From Deinococcota bacterium (GTDB lineage: Bacteria > Deinococcota > Deinococci > Deinococcales > Thermaceae), in the NCBI GenBank assembly GCA_041695225.1, contig JBGFRI010000046.1, forward strand, positions 32,001 through 96,000: a stretch of DNA of 64,000 nucleotides, written 5' to 3'. Positions within the stretch are counted from its first letter, which is position 1, and each line of letters starts with the position of its first letter. The position numbers and the translations under genes are program-made. The notes below the pieces were generated by a model. That model ran no database searches, was not told where the DNA came from, and saw only the letters and a list, made by a program, of their open reading frames with translations. Of the stretch, positions 52,591-63,464 are shown one piece after another.

Positions 52591-53129
52591 GCATTGCTGC
52601 ACTGGCGCAGAGCATGGGCATCACCCTTAGAGCTTTGTTCTCGAAGCCGGTTACTATTCCTTATCCCGATGCCCCGGTACCCCTCAAGCCCCGCTTTCAC
52701 GGGCGGCACGTGCTAACCCGGCATCCCAATGGTCTGGAAAAGTGTATTGGCTGCTCACTCTGTGCGGCGGTCTGCCCGGCTTACGCCATTTATGTCGAGG
52801 CCGCCGAAAATGACCCTAGCAACCCCGTGAGTGCGGGGGAGCGGTTTGCCAAGGTATATGAGATCAACATGCTGCGCTGCATCTTTTGTGGGCTGTGCGA
52901 AGAGGCATGCCCGACCAGCGCAGTGGTGATGGGTTACGACTTCGAGATGGCCGACTACCGCTACAGCGACTTTGTATATGGCAAAGAGGACATGCTGGTG
53001 GAGGTGGAAGGCACCAAGCCCCAGCGCCGCGAGGCAGCTTATACCGGTAAGCCAGTCAAGAAAGGCTATAGCGTGCCTTATGCCCGGCCCGAGCTCGAGG
53101 GTGTAAAACCACCCCGGCCGAAAAAGTGA
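52587..53129 (+). CDS. nuoI: NADH-quinone oxidoreductase subunit I (Nqo9)
   Basis: [12 protein letters not shown] and [12 protein letters not shown] motifs. Confidence 0.97.
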   Translation: MSIAALAQSMGITLRALFSKPVTIPYPDAPVPLKPRFHGRHVLTRHPNGLEKCIGCSLCAAVCPAYAIYVEAAENDPSNPVSAGERFAKVYEINMLRCIFCGLCEEACPTSAVVMGYDFEMADYRYSDFVYGKEDMLVEVEGTKPQRREAAYTGKPVKKGYSVPYARPELEGVKPPRPKK

Positions 53130-53236
53130 GACGAGGGCAGAGTGCTTAGGGTCAGGTTGTCAGGCCGGGTGAGACCCACACGCCGATGGCTTGCTTGGCC
53201 AGTTCGCCAGCACGTCTAACGCCCCTGGAGGAATCA

Positions 53237-53794
53237 ATGAGTGTTGGAATATGGGAAATCGTCGCACTAGTGCTACTGGTTATTACGGCCATTGCGGTGG
53301 TGCGGCTGCAAAATGCCGTACATGCAGCGCTGGCACTGATTGCCAACTTTCTGGTGGTAGCCGGGGTGTATGTGGCCCTCGAGGCCCGCTTTGTAGCCAT
53401 GATTCAGATTATCGTTTATGCCGGAGCAATTGTGGTGCTGTTTTTGTTTGTGATTATGCTGCTTTCCGCCGCCAGCGCCAGCATGGGCAAAGACCTTTTT
53501 CCCCGGCTGCCCTGGGTGGCTGGCCTGGGGGCGGTAGGTCTGGCGGGGGTGCTGCTTCTGGCCCTTAGCCATTTCCAGCCGCCGGCTAGCCCGCCCCCCT
53601 TGCAGGGTGGTCTGCCCCAGGTCCTGGGGCCACTCCTGTACGACCCCCAGCAGTGGCTTTATGCACTGCTGCTGGTGGGCTTTTTGCTACTCGTGGCCAC
53701 GGTTGCGGCAGTAGTGCTGATCGAACCGGAGCGAATTGCCAGCCAGCCGGGCCCAGAGGCCCCAAAGGACGAACCGGGGGTGGCAGAGCGATGA
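53237..53794 (+). CDS. nuoJ: NADH-quinone oxidoreductase subunit J (Nqo10)
   Basis: [19 protein letters not shown] motif; GGAGG before ATG 53237. Confidence 0.95.
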   Translation: MSVGIWEIVALVLLVITAIAVVRLQNAVHAALALIANFLVVAGVYVALEARFVAMIQIIVYAGAIVVLFLFVIMLLSAASASMGKDLFPRLPWVAGLGAVGLAGVLLLALSHFQPPASPPPLQGGLPQVLGPLLYDPQQWLYALLLVGFLLLVATVAAVVLIEPERIASQPGPEAPKDEPGVAER

Positions 53795-54081
53795 TCTGGC
53801 TTTTTGCCTCGGCGCTATTGTTTGCTATCGGGACGTATGGTGCGCTCACCCGGCGCACCGCTATTCTGGTGTTTTTGTCGGTAGAGCTAATGCTGAACGC
53901 CGCAGCCCTGGCGCTGATTGGTTTTGCCCAGCTAATGGGCAGCCTCGATGCCCAGGTGGTGGTGCTCTTCATTATCGCTATTGCCGCTGCCGAGGTTGCG
54001 GTGGGCCTGGGCTTGATCGTGGCTATCTTCCGTCGGCGCGAGACCACCAGCGTAGACGAGCTACGGCAACTAAGGGGATAA
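53791..54081 (+). CDS. nuoK: NADH-quinone oxidoreductase subunit K (Nqo11)
   Basis: SVELMLNA and AAAEVAVGL motifs. Confidence 0.96.
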   Translation: MIWLFASALLFAIGTYGALTRRTAILVFLSVELMLNAAALALIGFAQLMGSLDAQVVVLFIIAIAAAEVAVGLGLIVAIFRRRETTSVDELRQLRG

Positions 54082-54084
54082 GCT

Positions 54085-55917
54085 ATGCAAGAGACCATTT
54101 TCCTACCCCTGATCATCGCGCTGCCCCTGCTGGGGTTTGTGGTGCTGGGGCTGTTTGGCAAACATTTCAAAGAGCCCGTAGCTGGCTGGCTGGCCTCGAG
54201 CCTGGTGCTGGGCAGCTTTCTGCTGGGTTTGTACCTGCTGTTTCAAGGCGGGGCTAGGTGGACCCTGCTGGACTGGCTGCCAGGGATTCCTTTCAGCTTC
54301 AACCTCGACAACCTTTCGGGGGTGATGCTGCTAGTAGTTACAGGGGTGGGCTTTCTAATTCATGTCTGGGCCATTGGCTACATGCACGGTGACCCTGGCT
54401 ATAGCCGCTTTTTTAGCTACTTCAACCTGTTTATTGCCGCCATGCTGGTGCTCGTACTGGGCGACAGCCTGCCGGTGGTGTTTATTGGCTGGGAGGGGGT
54501 GGGCCTGGCCTCCTACCTGCTGATCGGCTTCTGGTATAACCAGCGGGTCAATGCCGACTCAGCCCGCAAGGCCTTTATTGTCAACCGCATCGGCGACCTG
54601 GGCTTTTTGCTGGCCATGGGCCTCTTGTGGAAGATGTTTGGCACCCTCTCGATCTCCGAGCTGGTTCAGAAGGTCGAGGCTGGGGGTTACAACCCGGCTG
54701 CGCTTACGCTGGCAGGTTTGCTACTGCTAATTGGAGCCATGGGCAAAAGCGCCCAGGTACCCCTGATGGTCTGGCTGCCCGATGCCATGGCCGGTCCTAC
54801 CCCGGTCTCGGCCCTGATCCACGCCGCTACCATGGTTACAGCCGGCGTGTACTTGCTGGTGCGGCACGCTTTTATGCTGCATGGCGACGCATGCCTTTCG
54901 GGCCTGATTGTGGTAATTGGCCTGATAACGGCGATATATGGTGCGCTGGCCTCCTTGGGCCAGTGGGATATCAAGCGTATCGTGGCATATACCACCTTAT
55001 CGCAGCTAGGTTTTATGTTTGTAGCGGTCGGAGTAGGGGCCTACTGGGTGGCGATCTTCCATATTGTGACCCATGCCTTCTTCAAGGCGCTAATGTTTAT
55101 GACCTCGGGCTCGGTCATTCATGCCCTGGGCGGTGAGCAGGACGTGCGCCAGATGGGCGGTATGCGGAAATACCTGCCTAGCACACACATACACGGCGTT
55201 GTTGCAACCCTTGCCTCCGGCGGTCTGATTCCACTGGCGGGCTTCTGGTCCAAGGATGCCATTCTGGCCTACTCCTTTGCCTACGGCCCGCTGCTGTGGG
55301 CCTTGATGATGATAGCCTCGGTGCTGGCTGCGTTGTACTCGGTACGCTGGTATGTGCTGGTCTTCTGGGGGGATTACCGCGGCAAGGAGCACCCTCACGA
55401 AAGCCCGCCGGTTATGCTGTGGCCCAACCATATTCTGATGGTAGGCGCAGCGGGGGCGGGGTTCATGGGCCTGCCCTATGTGATTGACTACCAAAACTTC
55501 CTGAATCCGTTTCTGACCCCTGCTATTGGCGATTTTGCTCTGGAAAAACTGCCGGTGCTGACCGAGTGGATTCTGATTATCGTCTCGGCGGTGGTAGCGG
55601 CGGTTACTCTGTGGTGGGGTTTTGGTTTTTACCAGCAGAAAGCGCCGCCTTGGCTGGAGCGCTTCCAGGTCTGGGCGCTGGAGGGCTTTTATGCCGATGC
55701 CCTTTTCAACACCATCCTGGTCAACCCTGCCAGGTCGCTGGCCGGAGTCCTGCTCGACGCCGATAGGGGAATTCTGGCCGGTTTTACCGGGCTTGGCAGC
55801 CTGGTAGGGGGGCTGGGCAGGTTGCTGGCCAGCCTGCAGACCGGGGCGCTGCGGCTCTACATGGTCGGGCTGATGATAGCCCTGGTGCTGCTGCTGGGAT
55901 GGGGGGTGTTGCGATGA
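54085..55917 (+). CDS. nuoL: NADH-quinone oxidoreductase subunit L (Nqo12)
   Basis: [33 protein letters not shown] and THAFFKA motifs. Confidence 0.97.
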   Translation: MQETIFLPLIIALPLLGFVVLGLFGKHFKEPVAGWLASSLVLGSFLLGLYLLFQGGARWTLLDWLPGIPFSFNLDNLSGVMLLVVTGVGFLIHVWAIGYMHGDPGYSRFFSYFNLFIAAMLVLVLGDSLPVVFIGWEGVGLASYLLIGFWYNQRVNADSARKAFIVNRIGDLGFLLAMGLLWKMFGTLSISELVQKVEAGGYNPAALTLAGLLLLIGAMGKSAQVPLMVWLPDAMAGPTPVSALIHAATMVTAGVYLLVRHAFMLHGDACLSGLIVVIGLITAIYGALASLGQWDIKRIVAYTTLSQLGFMFVAVGVGAYWVAIFHIVTHAFFKALMFMTSGSVIHALGGEQDVRQMGGMRKYLPSTHIHGVVATLASGGLIPLAGFWSKDAILAYSFAYGPLLWALMMIASVLAALYSVRWYVLVFWGDYRGKEHPHESPPVMLWPNHILMVGAAGAGFMGLPYVIDYQNFLNPFLTPAIGDFALEKLPVLTEWILIIVSAVVAAVTLWWGFGFYQQKAPPWLERFQVWALEGFYADALFNTILVNPARSLAGVLLDADRGILAGFTGLGSLVGGLGRLLASLQTGALRLYMVGLMIALVLLLGWGVLR

Positions 55918-57356
55918 TTCATATGGGACTGTGGCTACCCCTGCTGGCAGGTCTGGTACTGCTGCTGTTTCCATCGCTGGGGCGCGGCTTTGCGGTTGCA
56001 TCGGCCGCAGCCAGCCTGGTGATCTGGCTGGTGCTGTTTGTGGGCTACGACGGTGGGGTTGCTTATTACAGCCAGACGCCTTTCCTGCCCGAACTCGGGG
56101 TCTACTACTCGGTGGGACTGGACGGCTCTGGTCTTTTATTGTGGTTTGCGGTAAGCCTGGTGGTTTTGCTGGGGGTCTGGATTGCCGATGTGCCGGTGCG
56201 CTTCCTGGCCCTTAGCCTGATTATGCAGACGGGCCTGCTGGGCATTTTTGCTGCACAAGACCTGGTCTTGTTTTATGTCTTTTTCGAGGCCACCCTTATT
56301 CCGGCCCTGCTAATGCTGTGGTTTTTTGGTGGGCCAGACCGCTTGCGGGCCATCTATACCTTTGCCCTCTTTACCCTGGTCGGCTCGCTACCGATGCTGG
56401 CGGCAATATTCGCGGTGCGCTATCTGGGCGGCGCCGAGAGTTTTCTGTTTACCGACCTGGCCGCTAACCCGCTTACCGGACCGGCCGCGACCCTGGCTTT
56501 TCTGGGCTTCCTGCTGGCCCTGGCGGTCAAGACCCCGCTCTTTCCGCTGCATGCCTGGCTGCCCGGCTTCCATCAGCAGAACCACCCTTCCGGCCTGGCC
56601 GACGCCATGGGCACTTTGTACAAGGTGGGCATTTTTGCCTTTTTCAAATGGGCCATCCCGCTGATGCCCGAAGGCTTCCAGCAGTGGCAGGGGCTGCTTC
56701 TGTTCCTGGCGGCTTTTGGGGCTCTGTACGCGGCCTGGGTGGCCTTCAGCGCGCCGGACTGGAAGACCCTGCTGGCTTATGCTGGGGTCTCGCACCTGGG
56801 AATGGGGGCGCTAGGGCTGTTTAGCGGCAATATGGAAGGCACCGTGGGGGCGCTTTATCTGCTGGGCGCTTCGATGATTTATGGCTCTGCCATGTTCTTG
56901 TTTGTGGGTCTGGTTTATAAGCGCACCGGGAGCCTCGAGCTTATGCCGGTGCGGGGGCTGGCCCGGCACACCCCGGCGCTTTATGTGCTGGGGATGTTCT
57001 TGCTGATGGCCATGATTGGGCTGCCGGGTCTTTCGGGCTTTCCCGGCGAGCTGATGGTCTTGCTGGGTGCTTACCAGGTCTCGCCCTGGCTCACTTTTGT
57101 GACCTTTGTGTCGGTTGTTGCCGCTGCGGCCTATGCGCTTACTGCCTTCCAGAAGCTATTCCAGGAGACGCCCCCCAGACCGGCTTCGGACGCTGCCCAG
57201 GCGAGCGCGGTTCTCGACCTTAACTGGCGCGAATGGGGTTTTGCCGCCCTGACGGTGGGCGTACTCCTGCTGATGGGCCTGTACCCCAAACTTTTTACGG
57301 TATACCTGGAGCCGCTGGGTAGGGCTATTGCGGCGCTGTTTGGGGGTGGCGCATGA
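55914..57356 (+). CDS. nuoM: NADH-quinone oxidoreductase subunit M (Nqo13)
   Basis: [20 protein letters not shown] and [11 protein letters not shown] motifs. Confidence 0.96.
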   Translation: MIHMGLWLPLLAGLVLLLFPSLGRGFAVASAAASLVIWLVLFVGYDGGVAYYSQTPFLPELGVYYSVGLDGSGLLLWFAVSLVVLLGVWIADVPVRFLALSLIMQTGLLGIFAAQDLVLFYVFFEATLIPALLMLWFFGGPDRLRAIYTFALFTLVGSLPMLAAIFAVRYLGGAESFLFTDLAANPLTGPAATLAFLGFLLALAVKTPLFPLHAWLPGFHQQNHPSGLADAMGTLYKVGIFAFFKWAIPLMPEGFQQWQGLLLFLAAFGALYAAWVAFSAPDWKTLLAYAGVSHLGMGALGLFSGNMEGTVGALYLLGASMIYGSAMFLFVGLVYKRTGSLELMPVRGLARHTPALYVLGMFLLMAMIGLPGLSGFPGELMVLLGAYQVSPWLTFVTFVSVVAAAAYALTAFQKLFQETPPRPASDAAQASAVLDLNWREWGFAALTVGVLLLMGLYPKLFTVYLEPLGRAIAALFGGGA

Positions 57357-59119
57357 CTACGCTTTATATCCTGGTGGGTCTGGCGACCGTTCTGACCCTG
57401 CTGTCGTTTGTGGTCTCGAGGGAGGCTAGCCGCTACATTGCGGTAAGCGGTCTGTTGCTGGCGGGCCTGTATAGCCTGGTGGACTGGGGCCAGACGGTGA
57501 TCGGCTTTGGCGGTCTTTATCAGTTCGACACTCTGGCCAGGGGCCTGACCATAGTGGCGATTCTGGGGGGTTTGTGGGCCTTGCTGCTCGGCCCCGCCAG
57601 GAAGTTTGAGTTTCCCCTGCTGGTGTTGTTTGCGGTAGCCGGTATACATATCATGGCCAGCACGCCCAATCTGGTGGTGATGGTAATTGCGCTGGAAATT
57701 CTTTCCCTGCCGCTTTACGTGCTGGCTACCTGGCAGCGCAACGAAAAGGGTTTTGAAGCGGGTTTGAAATACTTTTTGCTGGGGGCTTTGGCGGCGGCCA
57801 TATTCCTGTACGGTATTGCCCTCTACTTTGGGGCTACCGGCAGCTTTGCGGTAGGAGCGGCGGGCTCGGGGCCGCTTTACACGGCTGCGCTGCTTTTGAT
57901 TCTGACGGCCTTTGCTTTTAAGATTGCCATGGTACCTTTCCACTGGTGGGCGCCCGATGTATATCAGGGTAGCCCTACCGTGGTCACCCTCTTCATGGCC
58001 ACTGTGGTAAAGGTGGCTGCATTTGCCGCCATGCTGCGCATCTTTACCCCCGAGGGCCTCGAGGTCTGGGGTATGGCCCTGGCTGCCCTGATTGCACTGA
58101 CCATCCTGTTTGGCAACCTGGGGGCGCTGGCCCAGAGCGAGGCCAAGCGCCTGTTTGCTTACTCGTCCATTGCCAATGCAGGCTATATCGGACTGGGGCT
58201 GTTTGGGCCTACCGGCGGCATCACCATCCCTTTCTACCTGCTGTCCTATGGCCTGGCTACCGGCATCATCTTTGCGGTGCTGGCGATGCTCTCGAACCAG
58301 GATATCCCCCTCGAGCGTTTGCGGGGCCTCTGGTACCGCAGACCCCTTTTGGGTGGGGCCATGGCCATAAGCGTTCTCTCGGTGCTGGGGCTACCCCCGC
58401 TGGCCGGTTTCTGGGCCAAGTTTATGGTCTTCCAGGAGGCCGCCCTGGCGGGCTTTTGGGGCTTAGTGGTGCTGGCCCTCCTCACCTCGGCAATTGGGGC
58501 TTACTACTACCTGAAGGTCTTCTTCCTGGTTTTCAGCAGACCCACCCTGGTACAGGAGGCCGATGACCGCGAGGCCGAGGCCGCCCTGGCTGAGTTTGGC
58601 AGCTCGGAGGCGCCGGGCATTCCGGTCTCCTCGGCCCCTCTGGGCCTCACCCAGGGCCTGATGGCCCCAGCTGCCCATACGGGCCTACCCACCCTTAGCA
58701 TCTTGCTGGTGGCCCTGGGCTTGCTGGGGCTACTTTCCATTCTGCCGGCGCTGGGCTTGCGGTTTTTTAGCCCTGGTCCAACGACAGCTACGGTGGCAGC
58801 AACCATCACCGCCCCCACCGTAGGTTACTCGCATAGCGAGTATCGGTTCATCACTCCAAATCCTCGACCACTGCATCACCCACTCCATGCGCTACGCGCA
58901 CCCCCTGGTGGCGCCCTGACAGCCGGAAGCCATACCCTGCTGGACGGCAGTCCAGGCGACAGCCTCGAGCTGTTTGCCAACAGGAGCCCCCTTGGCCTGG
59001 TGGGCGACTGTTCAGAAAGGCGGGTCACTGTGGTGGTCACTCTCCCACTGCCTGCTCCATCTTGCGAGGCTGTCCGCCCCCGAGGCCAAGATCTAACGCC
59101 TATAGTCGATAGTCTATAG
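57353..59119 (+). CDS. nuoN: NADH-quinone oxidoreductase subunit N (Nqo14), C-terminally extended
   Basis: EAGLKYFLLG, FKIAMVPFHWWAPDVYQG and GLPPLAGFWAK motifs, plus ~115 extra aa after the last TM. Confidence 0.94.
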   Translation: MTTLYILVGLATVLTLLSFVVSREASRYIAVSGLLLAGLYSLVDWGQTVIGFGGLYQFDTLARGLTIVAILGGLWALLLGPARKFEFPLLVLFAVAGIHIMASTPNLVVMVIALEILSLPLYVLATWQRNEKGFEAGLKYFLLGALAAAIFLYGIALYFGATGSFAVGAAGSGPLYTAALLLILTAFAFKIAMVPFHWWAPDVYQGSPTVVTLFMATVVKVAAFAAMLRIFTPEGLEVWGMALAALIALTILFGNLGALAQSEAKRLFAYSSIANAGYIGLGLFGPTGGITIPFYLLSYGLATGIIFAVLAMLSNQDIPLERLRGLWYRRPLLGGAMAISVLSVLGLPPLAGFWAKFMVFQEAALAGFWGLVVLALLTSAIGAYYYLKVFFLVFSRPTLVQEADDREAEAALAEFGSSEAPGIPVSSAPLGLTQGLMAPAAHTGLPTLSILLVALGLLGLLSILPALGLRFFSPGPTTATVAATITAPTVGYSHSEYRFITPNPRPLHHPLHALRAPPGGALTAGSHTLLDGSPGDSLELFANRSPLGLVGDCSERRVTVVVTLPLPAPSCEAVRPRGQDLTPIVDSL

Positions 59120-59184
59120 ACTATCAACTATCAACTATCGACTATCAACTATCGACTATCAACTATCGACTATCAACTATTGAC
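59101..59184. repeat. Heptamer VNTR (ACTATCR x9) preceded by complementary ATAGTC units
   Basis: actatca actatca actatcg actatca actatcg actatca actatcg actatca actattg (59120-59182). Confidence 0.95.
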
Positions 59185-59232
59185 GTATCAGGGCCTCATT
59201 GGCCTTGTGGTCTTGGAAGTAGACTGGAGGGT

Positions 59233-59856
59233 ATGGTTTTTTGGCTTCAGGAACTCCCGCCGCACCTTGCCGCGGAAACTGACGAGTTAGCGCAGCTTCA
59301 GGTGCTGCAAAGGGCGGGCCTGGTGGTGGCTCCTACCCTGGTGCTGGTGGGGGTGGAGACCGAGTTTTACCAGCTGGGCAATCTGGCCGAGCAGGTCCGG
59401 CACGCTTTTGCTGGGGTGTTTGGGGTACGCATTGATGAAAAAAAGTTAGAGAGCGCCTGTACCTTATCGGAAAAACTACTGCGTGAGTCGTACATGTTGT
59501 CTGAGCGTTCTGACCAGATCCGCGCAGTTTTGCCTGAAGGCCCGGCGCTGGTACGCTACGCTGGCGAACCACCTTTTGCGGTAAAGACCGGCCAGCAGGA
59601 AACCTTGTGGGCGCTCAAGCGGCTCTGGGCCAGCCGCTGGCAGCTAGATGCTGTGCTTGGGCGTCAGCCGCAGCTGGCCCCGCCGCAGGTTGCCAGTCTG
59701 GTGCAGAGTGTGGGGGGCCCTTTGGTGCTCGACGAAGACCTGGCTGTACAGGCTACCCGGGTGCTAGGGCAGCCTTTACAGGTCTGGGCCTGCGCGGGAC
59801 GGGTGGTGCGCCTTACACCCTCTTTGGCCGGCCCAGGGCGCACTGAAACTTTTTAG
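59233..59856 (+). CDS. Hypothetical protein resembling a degenerate PEP synthase/PPDK N-terminal region
   Basis: LQRAGLVV..., ALKRLWAS and SLVQ echo the PEP-utiliser N-terminal pattern without the catalytic motifs. Confidence 0.55.
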   Translation: MVFWLQELPPHLAAETDELAQLQVLQRAGLVVAPTLVLVGVETEFYQLGNLAEQVRHAFAGVFGVRIDEKKLESACTLSEKLLRESYMLSERSDQIRAVLPEGPALVRYAGEPPFAVKTGQQETLWALKRLWASRWQLDAVLGRQPQLAPPQVASLVQSVGGPLVLDEDLAVQATRVLGQPLQVWACAGRVVRLTPSLAGPGRTETF

Positions 59857-59869
59857 TTAGGAGAAAACC

Positions 59870-60682
59870 ATGTACGACAGCCACATCCACACGCCACTCT
59901 GCAAACACGCCCTGGGAGAGCCCGCTGGCTATGTGCAGGCCGCCAAAGACGCAGGCTTGCTGGGCATGGTGATAACCGACCATAGCCCCATGCCTGCCTG
60001 GTTCGATGCCGAGGTGCGCATGGAGCTGGGTGAGCTGCCCTTCTACCACGCCACGATGGAGAAGCTGCGAACCGAGGCGGGCAGTTTTTATGTGGGCATC
60101 GGCCTCGAGGCCGATTTTCACCCCGGTACCGAGTACTTTGTGCGGCGGCTTGGCCAGCAGTACCCCTACGACTACATCATTGGGTCGGTGCACCACATCG
60201 GGGCCTGGCCTTTCGACAACCCACGCTATGTCTCCGAGTTCCTCGAGCGCGAGATCGGCGATATTTACCGCGAGTACTTCAAGCTGGTGGTACAGGCTGC
60301 CAGGTCGGGACTGTTTCACTCCATTGGACACCTCGATCTGCCCAAGGTGATGGGTTTTCGGCCCAGCGAGGGCTATCTGGAGCTGGCCGAGGAAGCCCTG
60401 CAGGTGATAGCCGGAGAAGGGCTGGCGCTGGATGTGAACACTGCTGGATGGCGCAAAAAGGCTGCCGAGATTTATCCCAGCGCAGAGCTGTTGGCGCGAG
60501 CGTCCCAGCTGCAAATTCCGGTGGTGCTGGGCTCCGACGCCCACCGCCCCGAGGACGTGGCCTATCGCTTTTCCGACGCGGTAGAGCTACTGAAAGCGGT
60601 GGGCTATACCCAGGCTGTAGTCTTCAGGGCAGGGAAGCCAGTGCCTTATGCGCTGGTAGCCGACGCTCAGTCGAAGGTCTAA
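59870..60682 (+). CDS. Histidinol-phosphatase, HisJ/HisK PHP family
   Basis: DSHIHTPLCKHA, TDHSP, GLEAD, IGSVH, GHLDLPK and GSDAHRP motifs. Confidence 0.9.
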   Translation: MYDSHIHTPLCKHALGEPAGYVQAAKDAGLLGMVITDHSPMPAWFDAEVRMELGELPFYHATMEKLRTEAGSFYVGIGLEADFHPGTEYFVRRLGQQYPYDYIIGSVHHIGAWPFDNPRYVSEFLEREIGDIYREYFKLVVQAARSGLFHSIGHLDLPKVMGFRPSEGYLELAEEALQVIAGEGLALDVNTAGWRKKAAEIYPSAELLARASQLQIPVVLGSDAHRPEDVAYRFSDAVELLKAVGYTQAVVFRAGKPVPYALVADAQSKV

Positions 60683-60817
60683 AGACGAAGGTCGAAGGTC
60701 GCAAGCTTATAGCCGATAGCGTATAGCCAATAGCCAAAAGACAGTGCGGTTGGCTATCAGCAAAGCTATAGGCTATTAGCAGCTAGCAGCAGGTGAGACC
60801 GTTGCAGACCTTCGACT
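60669..60817. repeat. Nested inverted period-7 arrays
   Basis: Order: AAGGTCN units, ATAGCCN units, spacer, GGCTAT/AGCTAT units, GACCTTCGAC. Confidence 0.8.
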
Positions 60818-60857
60818 ATTTTTGGCCACTTCATGGTCCAGTCTGTAGGCTAGTGGC

Positions 60858-62468
60858 ATGAACCGTAAAGACCTGGCGGGAATGCTCGAGTACGCTGCCG
60901 ACCTGATGGAGGTGCTGGGTGAGGGCGAGTTCCGGGCCAAAGCCTACCGCACTGCGGCCCGCAACCTGGAGCAGCAGGACGCCGAGCTGGGCGAGCTGGC
61001 AGCCAGGGGCTTCAAGGGGGTGCCGGGCATTGGGCCATCGCTGGCCCCGATGCTGAGTGAAATTGTCCAGACCGGGGAGTTCGCCTACCTGGCCGAGCTC
61101 GAGAGCCGCGTTCCGCCGGGTGTGCACGAGCTATTCACGGTGCAGGGCCTTGGCCCCAAGCGCATCCGGGCCTTGTGGGACAACGGCGTGACCAGTCTGG
61201 AAGAACTGGTGCTGTATGCCGAAGAGGGCAGAATTCGCGCCCTGCCCGGTTTTGGCGCCAGAAGCGAGGCCAGCCTGCTGGAGGCCGCCCGCTACGCCCT
61301 GGGCAATATGCGCCGGGTGATGCTACCGGTGGGGCTCGAGGTAGCCAGGATACTGCTAACCGACCTGAAGAACGCGGGGCTAAAGGCCGAACTGGCGGGC
61401 AGCGTGCGGCGTGGCCTGGAAACGATCAGCAACCTTGATCTGGTAGTGGTGGGTACCCTGGAGCAGGTGCGCCCGGTCCTGGGCCGCCATGTGGAAGAGG
61501 CCCAGGGCGGTCTGGTGCTGGGGAAGTTCGAGGGCCTGCCCTTGCGGGTTTTTTGTAGCCCTGCCGGCTCTTTTGGCTCGGTTTTGGTGCAGGCCACGGG
61601 TTCACAGGACTGGCTGGCCTCCCTGGGGCCCATTCCCCCTTCCATGTTCACCGAGGAAGAGGTGTTCAAAGCATTGAGCCAGCCCTTTGTGCCTGCCTAC
61701 TGGCGGGAAAAGGAGCATATCGGCCTGCCGGTACCCCACGCCACCCTCCAACCCCAGCAGCTTCGGGGCCTGATTCATGTGCATTCTACCTACTCCGACG
61801 GCAGCGGAACCCTGCGCCAGATGGCCCAGGCTGCCATTGCGCACGGATTTGAATACATGGTTATCTGCGATCACTCCCAGGCTGCGGCCTATGCCGGTGG
61901 GTTGCGGATCGAGGATGTGATACGCCAGTGGGACGAGATAAAGACCCTCAACACCGAGATGGCCCCCTTTCGGATTTTGCGCGGCATCGAGTCGGACATC
62001 CTGCCCGATGGGTCCCTGGATTACCCAGATGAGCTACTGGCAAAATTTGAAGTGGTGGTAGGAAGCCTGCATACGGGACTAAGCCTGGGCAAAACCGAAC
62101 AGACCGAACGCCTGCTGCGCGCCCTGGATAACCCGTACTTGAGCATCCTGGGCCACCCCAGCGGCCGCTTGATTCTGCGACGCAAAGGGGCCGAAGCCGA
62201 CTGGGAAGCCGTGCTGGAACGCGCCCGGCAAAACCAAAAGGTCGTGGAGTTCAACTGCAGCCCCCACCGCCTCGACCTGGACTGGCGGCTGATGCTGGCC
62301 TGGCGTGATCGCCTTAACTTTTCGCTAAGCCCCGACGCGCACAGCGTCGAGAGCATCTCGGAGATTGAGTATGGTCTGCTTTTCGCCCATAAAGCCGGTC
62401 TGCACCCCAGCCAGACGGCCAACACCTGGCCCGCCGAGCAGCTGATGGCGTTGAAAAAAAGGACCTAG
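60858..62468 (+). CDS. polX: DNA polymerase X / PHP-domain protein (non-canonical polymerase site)
   Basis: FRAKAYRTAA, HhH motifs (PGIG, GLGPK, GFG) and GSVRR; PHP motifs HVHSTYSDG, CDHS, GHP and PDAH. Confidence 0.92.
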   Translation: MNRKDLAGMLEYAADLMEVLGEGEFRAKAYRTAARNLEQQDAELGELAARGFKGVPGIGPSLAPMLSEIVQTGEFAYLAELESRVPPGVHELFTVQGLGPKRIRALWDNGVTSLEELVLYAEEGRIRALPGFGARSEASLLEAARYALGNMRRVMLPVGLEVARILLTDLKNAGLKAELAGSVRRGLETISNLDLVVVGTLEQVRPVLGRHVEEAQGGLVLGKFEGLPLRVFCSPAGSFGSVLVQATGSQDWLASLGPIPPSMFTEEEVFKALSQPFVPAYWREKEHIGLPVPHATLQPQQLRGLIHVHSTYSDGSGTLRQMAQAAIAHGFEYMVICDHSQAAAYAGGLRIEDVIRQWDEIKTLNTEMAPFRILRGIESDILPDGSLDYPDELLAKFEVVVGSLHTGLSLGKTEQTERLLRALDNPYLSILGHPSGRLILRRKGAEADWEAVLERARQNQKVVEFNCSPHRLDLDWRLMLAWRDRLNFSLSPDAHSVESISEIEYGLLFAHKAGLHPSQTANTWPAEQLMALKKRT

Positions 62469-62563
62469 CCTCAGGCCGAGTTGCTGGCTACAAGTTCAGT
62501 CAGGGGTTTCATAATCACTATTACGGAATGCCCTAGATAATCGTCATTTCGCGCTCATGGCAA

Positions 62564-62702
62564 CCCTTCGATTTTTTTTGACAGGCTCTGGGCAAGGCTC
62601 AGGACAGGCCCCTTCGATAAGCCCTTTGGAAGCTGATAGCCGATAGCCGATAGCAACAACCGCTTTTAGCTATCCGCTATAAGCTATGAGCTATTAGCCA
62701 TC
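62564..62702. repeat. REP-like unit (reverse) plus inverted ATAGCCG/GCTAT heptamer arrays
   Basis: cccttcga..acaggctctgggcaaggctcaggacaggc; gatagcc gatagcc gatagc ... gctatcc gctataa gctatga gctatta. Confidence 0.75.
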
Positions 62703-62741
62703 TGAGATGTGAGGCTGGTGTATGGACGACCAGAGGCAATT

Positions 62742-63464
62742 TTACTCACGTGGGGAGGGGTTGTTGCTGGAGTGGGCTTGCGCTCCAGCAATTTGCTCCA
62801 GTTCGCGCTGCAGGTTTTCCCTGGCAGGCTCTTCCAGCTTGACAAAGGCTTCGGTTTGATAAATGCGTCTGCGGCTCAGAAACTTTTGCAGTACCGCGGC
62901 ACGGCGCTTTGAGAATAGCGGCTCGGGAAGCCAGGCATACTCCTGCCGGATGGCCTGGGCATAGCACTGGTATGTTTCGGGTTCGGCGCCCAGCATGGAG
63001 AGATCGGCATCCAGGAAAAGGGCGGTATCGGGATCGTCGGTCTGGTGGTTTTCGGTGGCCCGGATTATGGCCGTGGCGGCCTTTAGGACTTCTGGTGCCA
63101 CACCCAGACGCCTCAGGCTTTGTTCGGCCAGCAGAGCACTCTGGGCCTCGTTGTCGGTGCGGGTGGGGTCGTAGATGGCATCGTGGAACCATGCCGCGAA
63201 CTCCAGGTGGGGCTGGGCAGGCAGCAAGTGCAACAAATTATCCAGGTGCACCAGATTGTGATAGAACCGCTGCGGCTCGGTATGGCGGGTGAGCAGATCG
63301 TCGAGCATAGAAAAGTGCTCGTTCGGGTCTATCCCCTGCGACGAGAGCAGAGCGTTCCAGCGACCAATCAGTCGCTTGCGACCACCTGGGGATAGTTTGA
63401 AACCCCGATCCATGCCGTGTATCCTATAGGGCTGTTGTGAATCAGACTGTGCTCCATTCAGCAT
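62742..63464 (-). CDS. Predicted metal-dependent HD-superfamily phosphohydrolase
   Basis: RFYHNLVHL, WFHDAIYD, DNEAQSA, LDADLS and IRQEY motifs. Start may be ATG 63413. Confidence 0.85.
   Translation of the reverse strand: MLNGAQSDSQQPYRIHGMDRGFKLSPGGRKRLIGRWNALLSSQGIDPNEHFSMLDDLLTRHTEPQRFYHNLVHLDNLLHLLPAQPHLEFAAWFHDAIYDPTRTDNEAQSALLAEQSLRRLGVAPEVLKAATAIIRATENHQTDDPDTALFLDADLSMLGAEPETYQCYAQAIRQEYAWLPEPLFSKRRAAVLQKFLSRRRIYQTEAFVKLEEPARENLQRELEQIAGAQAHSSNNPSPRE

Noticed and set aside
59101..59184. Repeat arrays as a CRISPR array
   Set aside because: The units are 7-nt tandem repeats with no unique spacers, and there are no cas genes.
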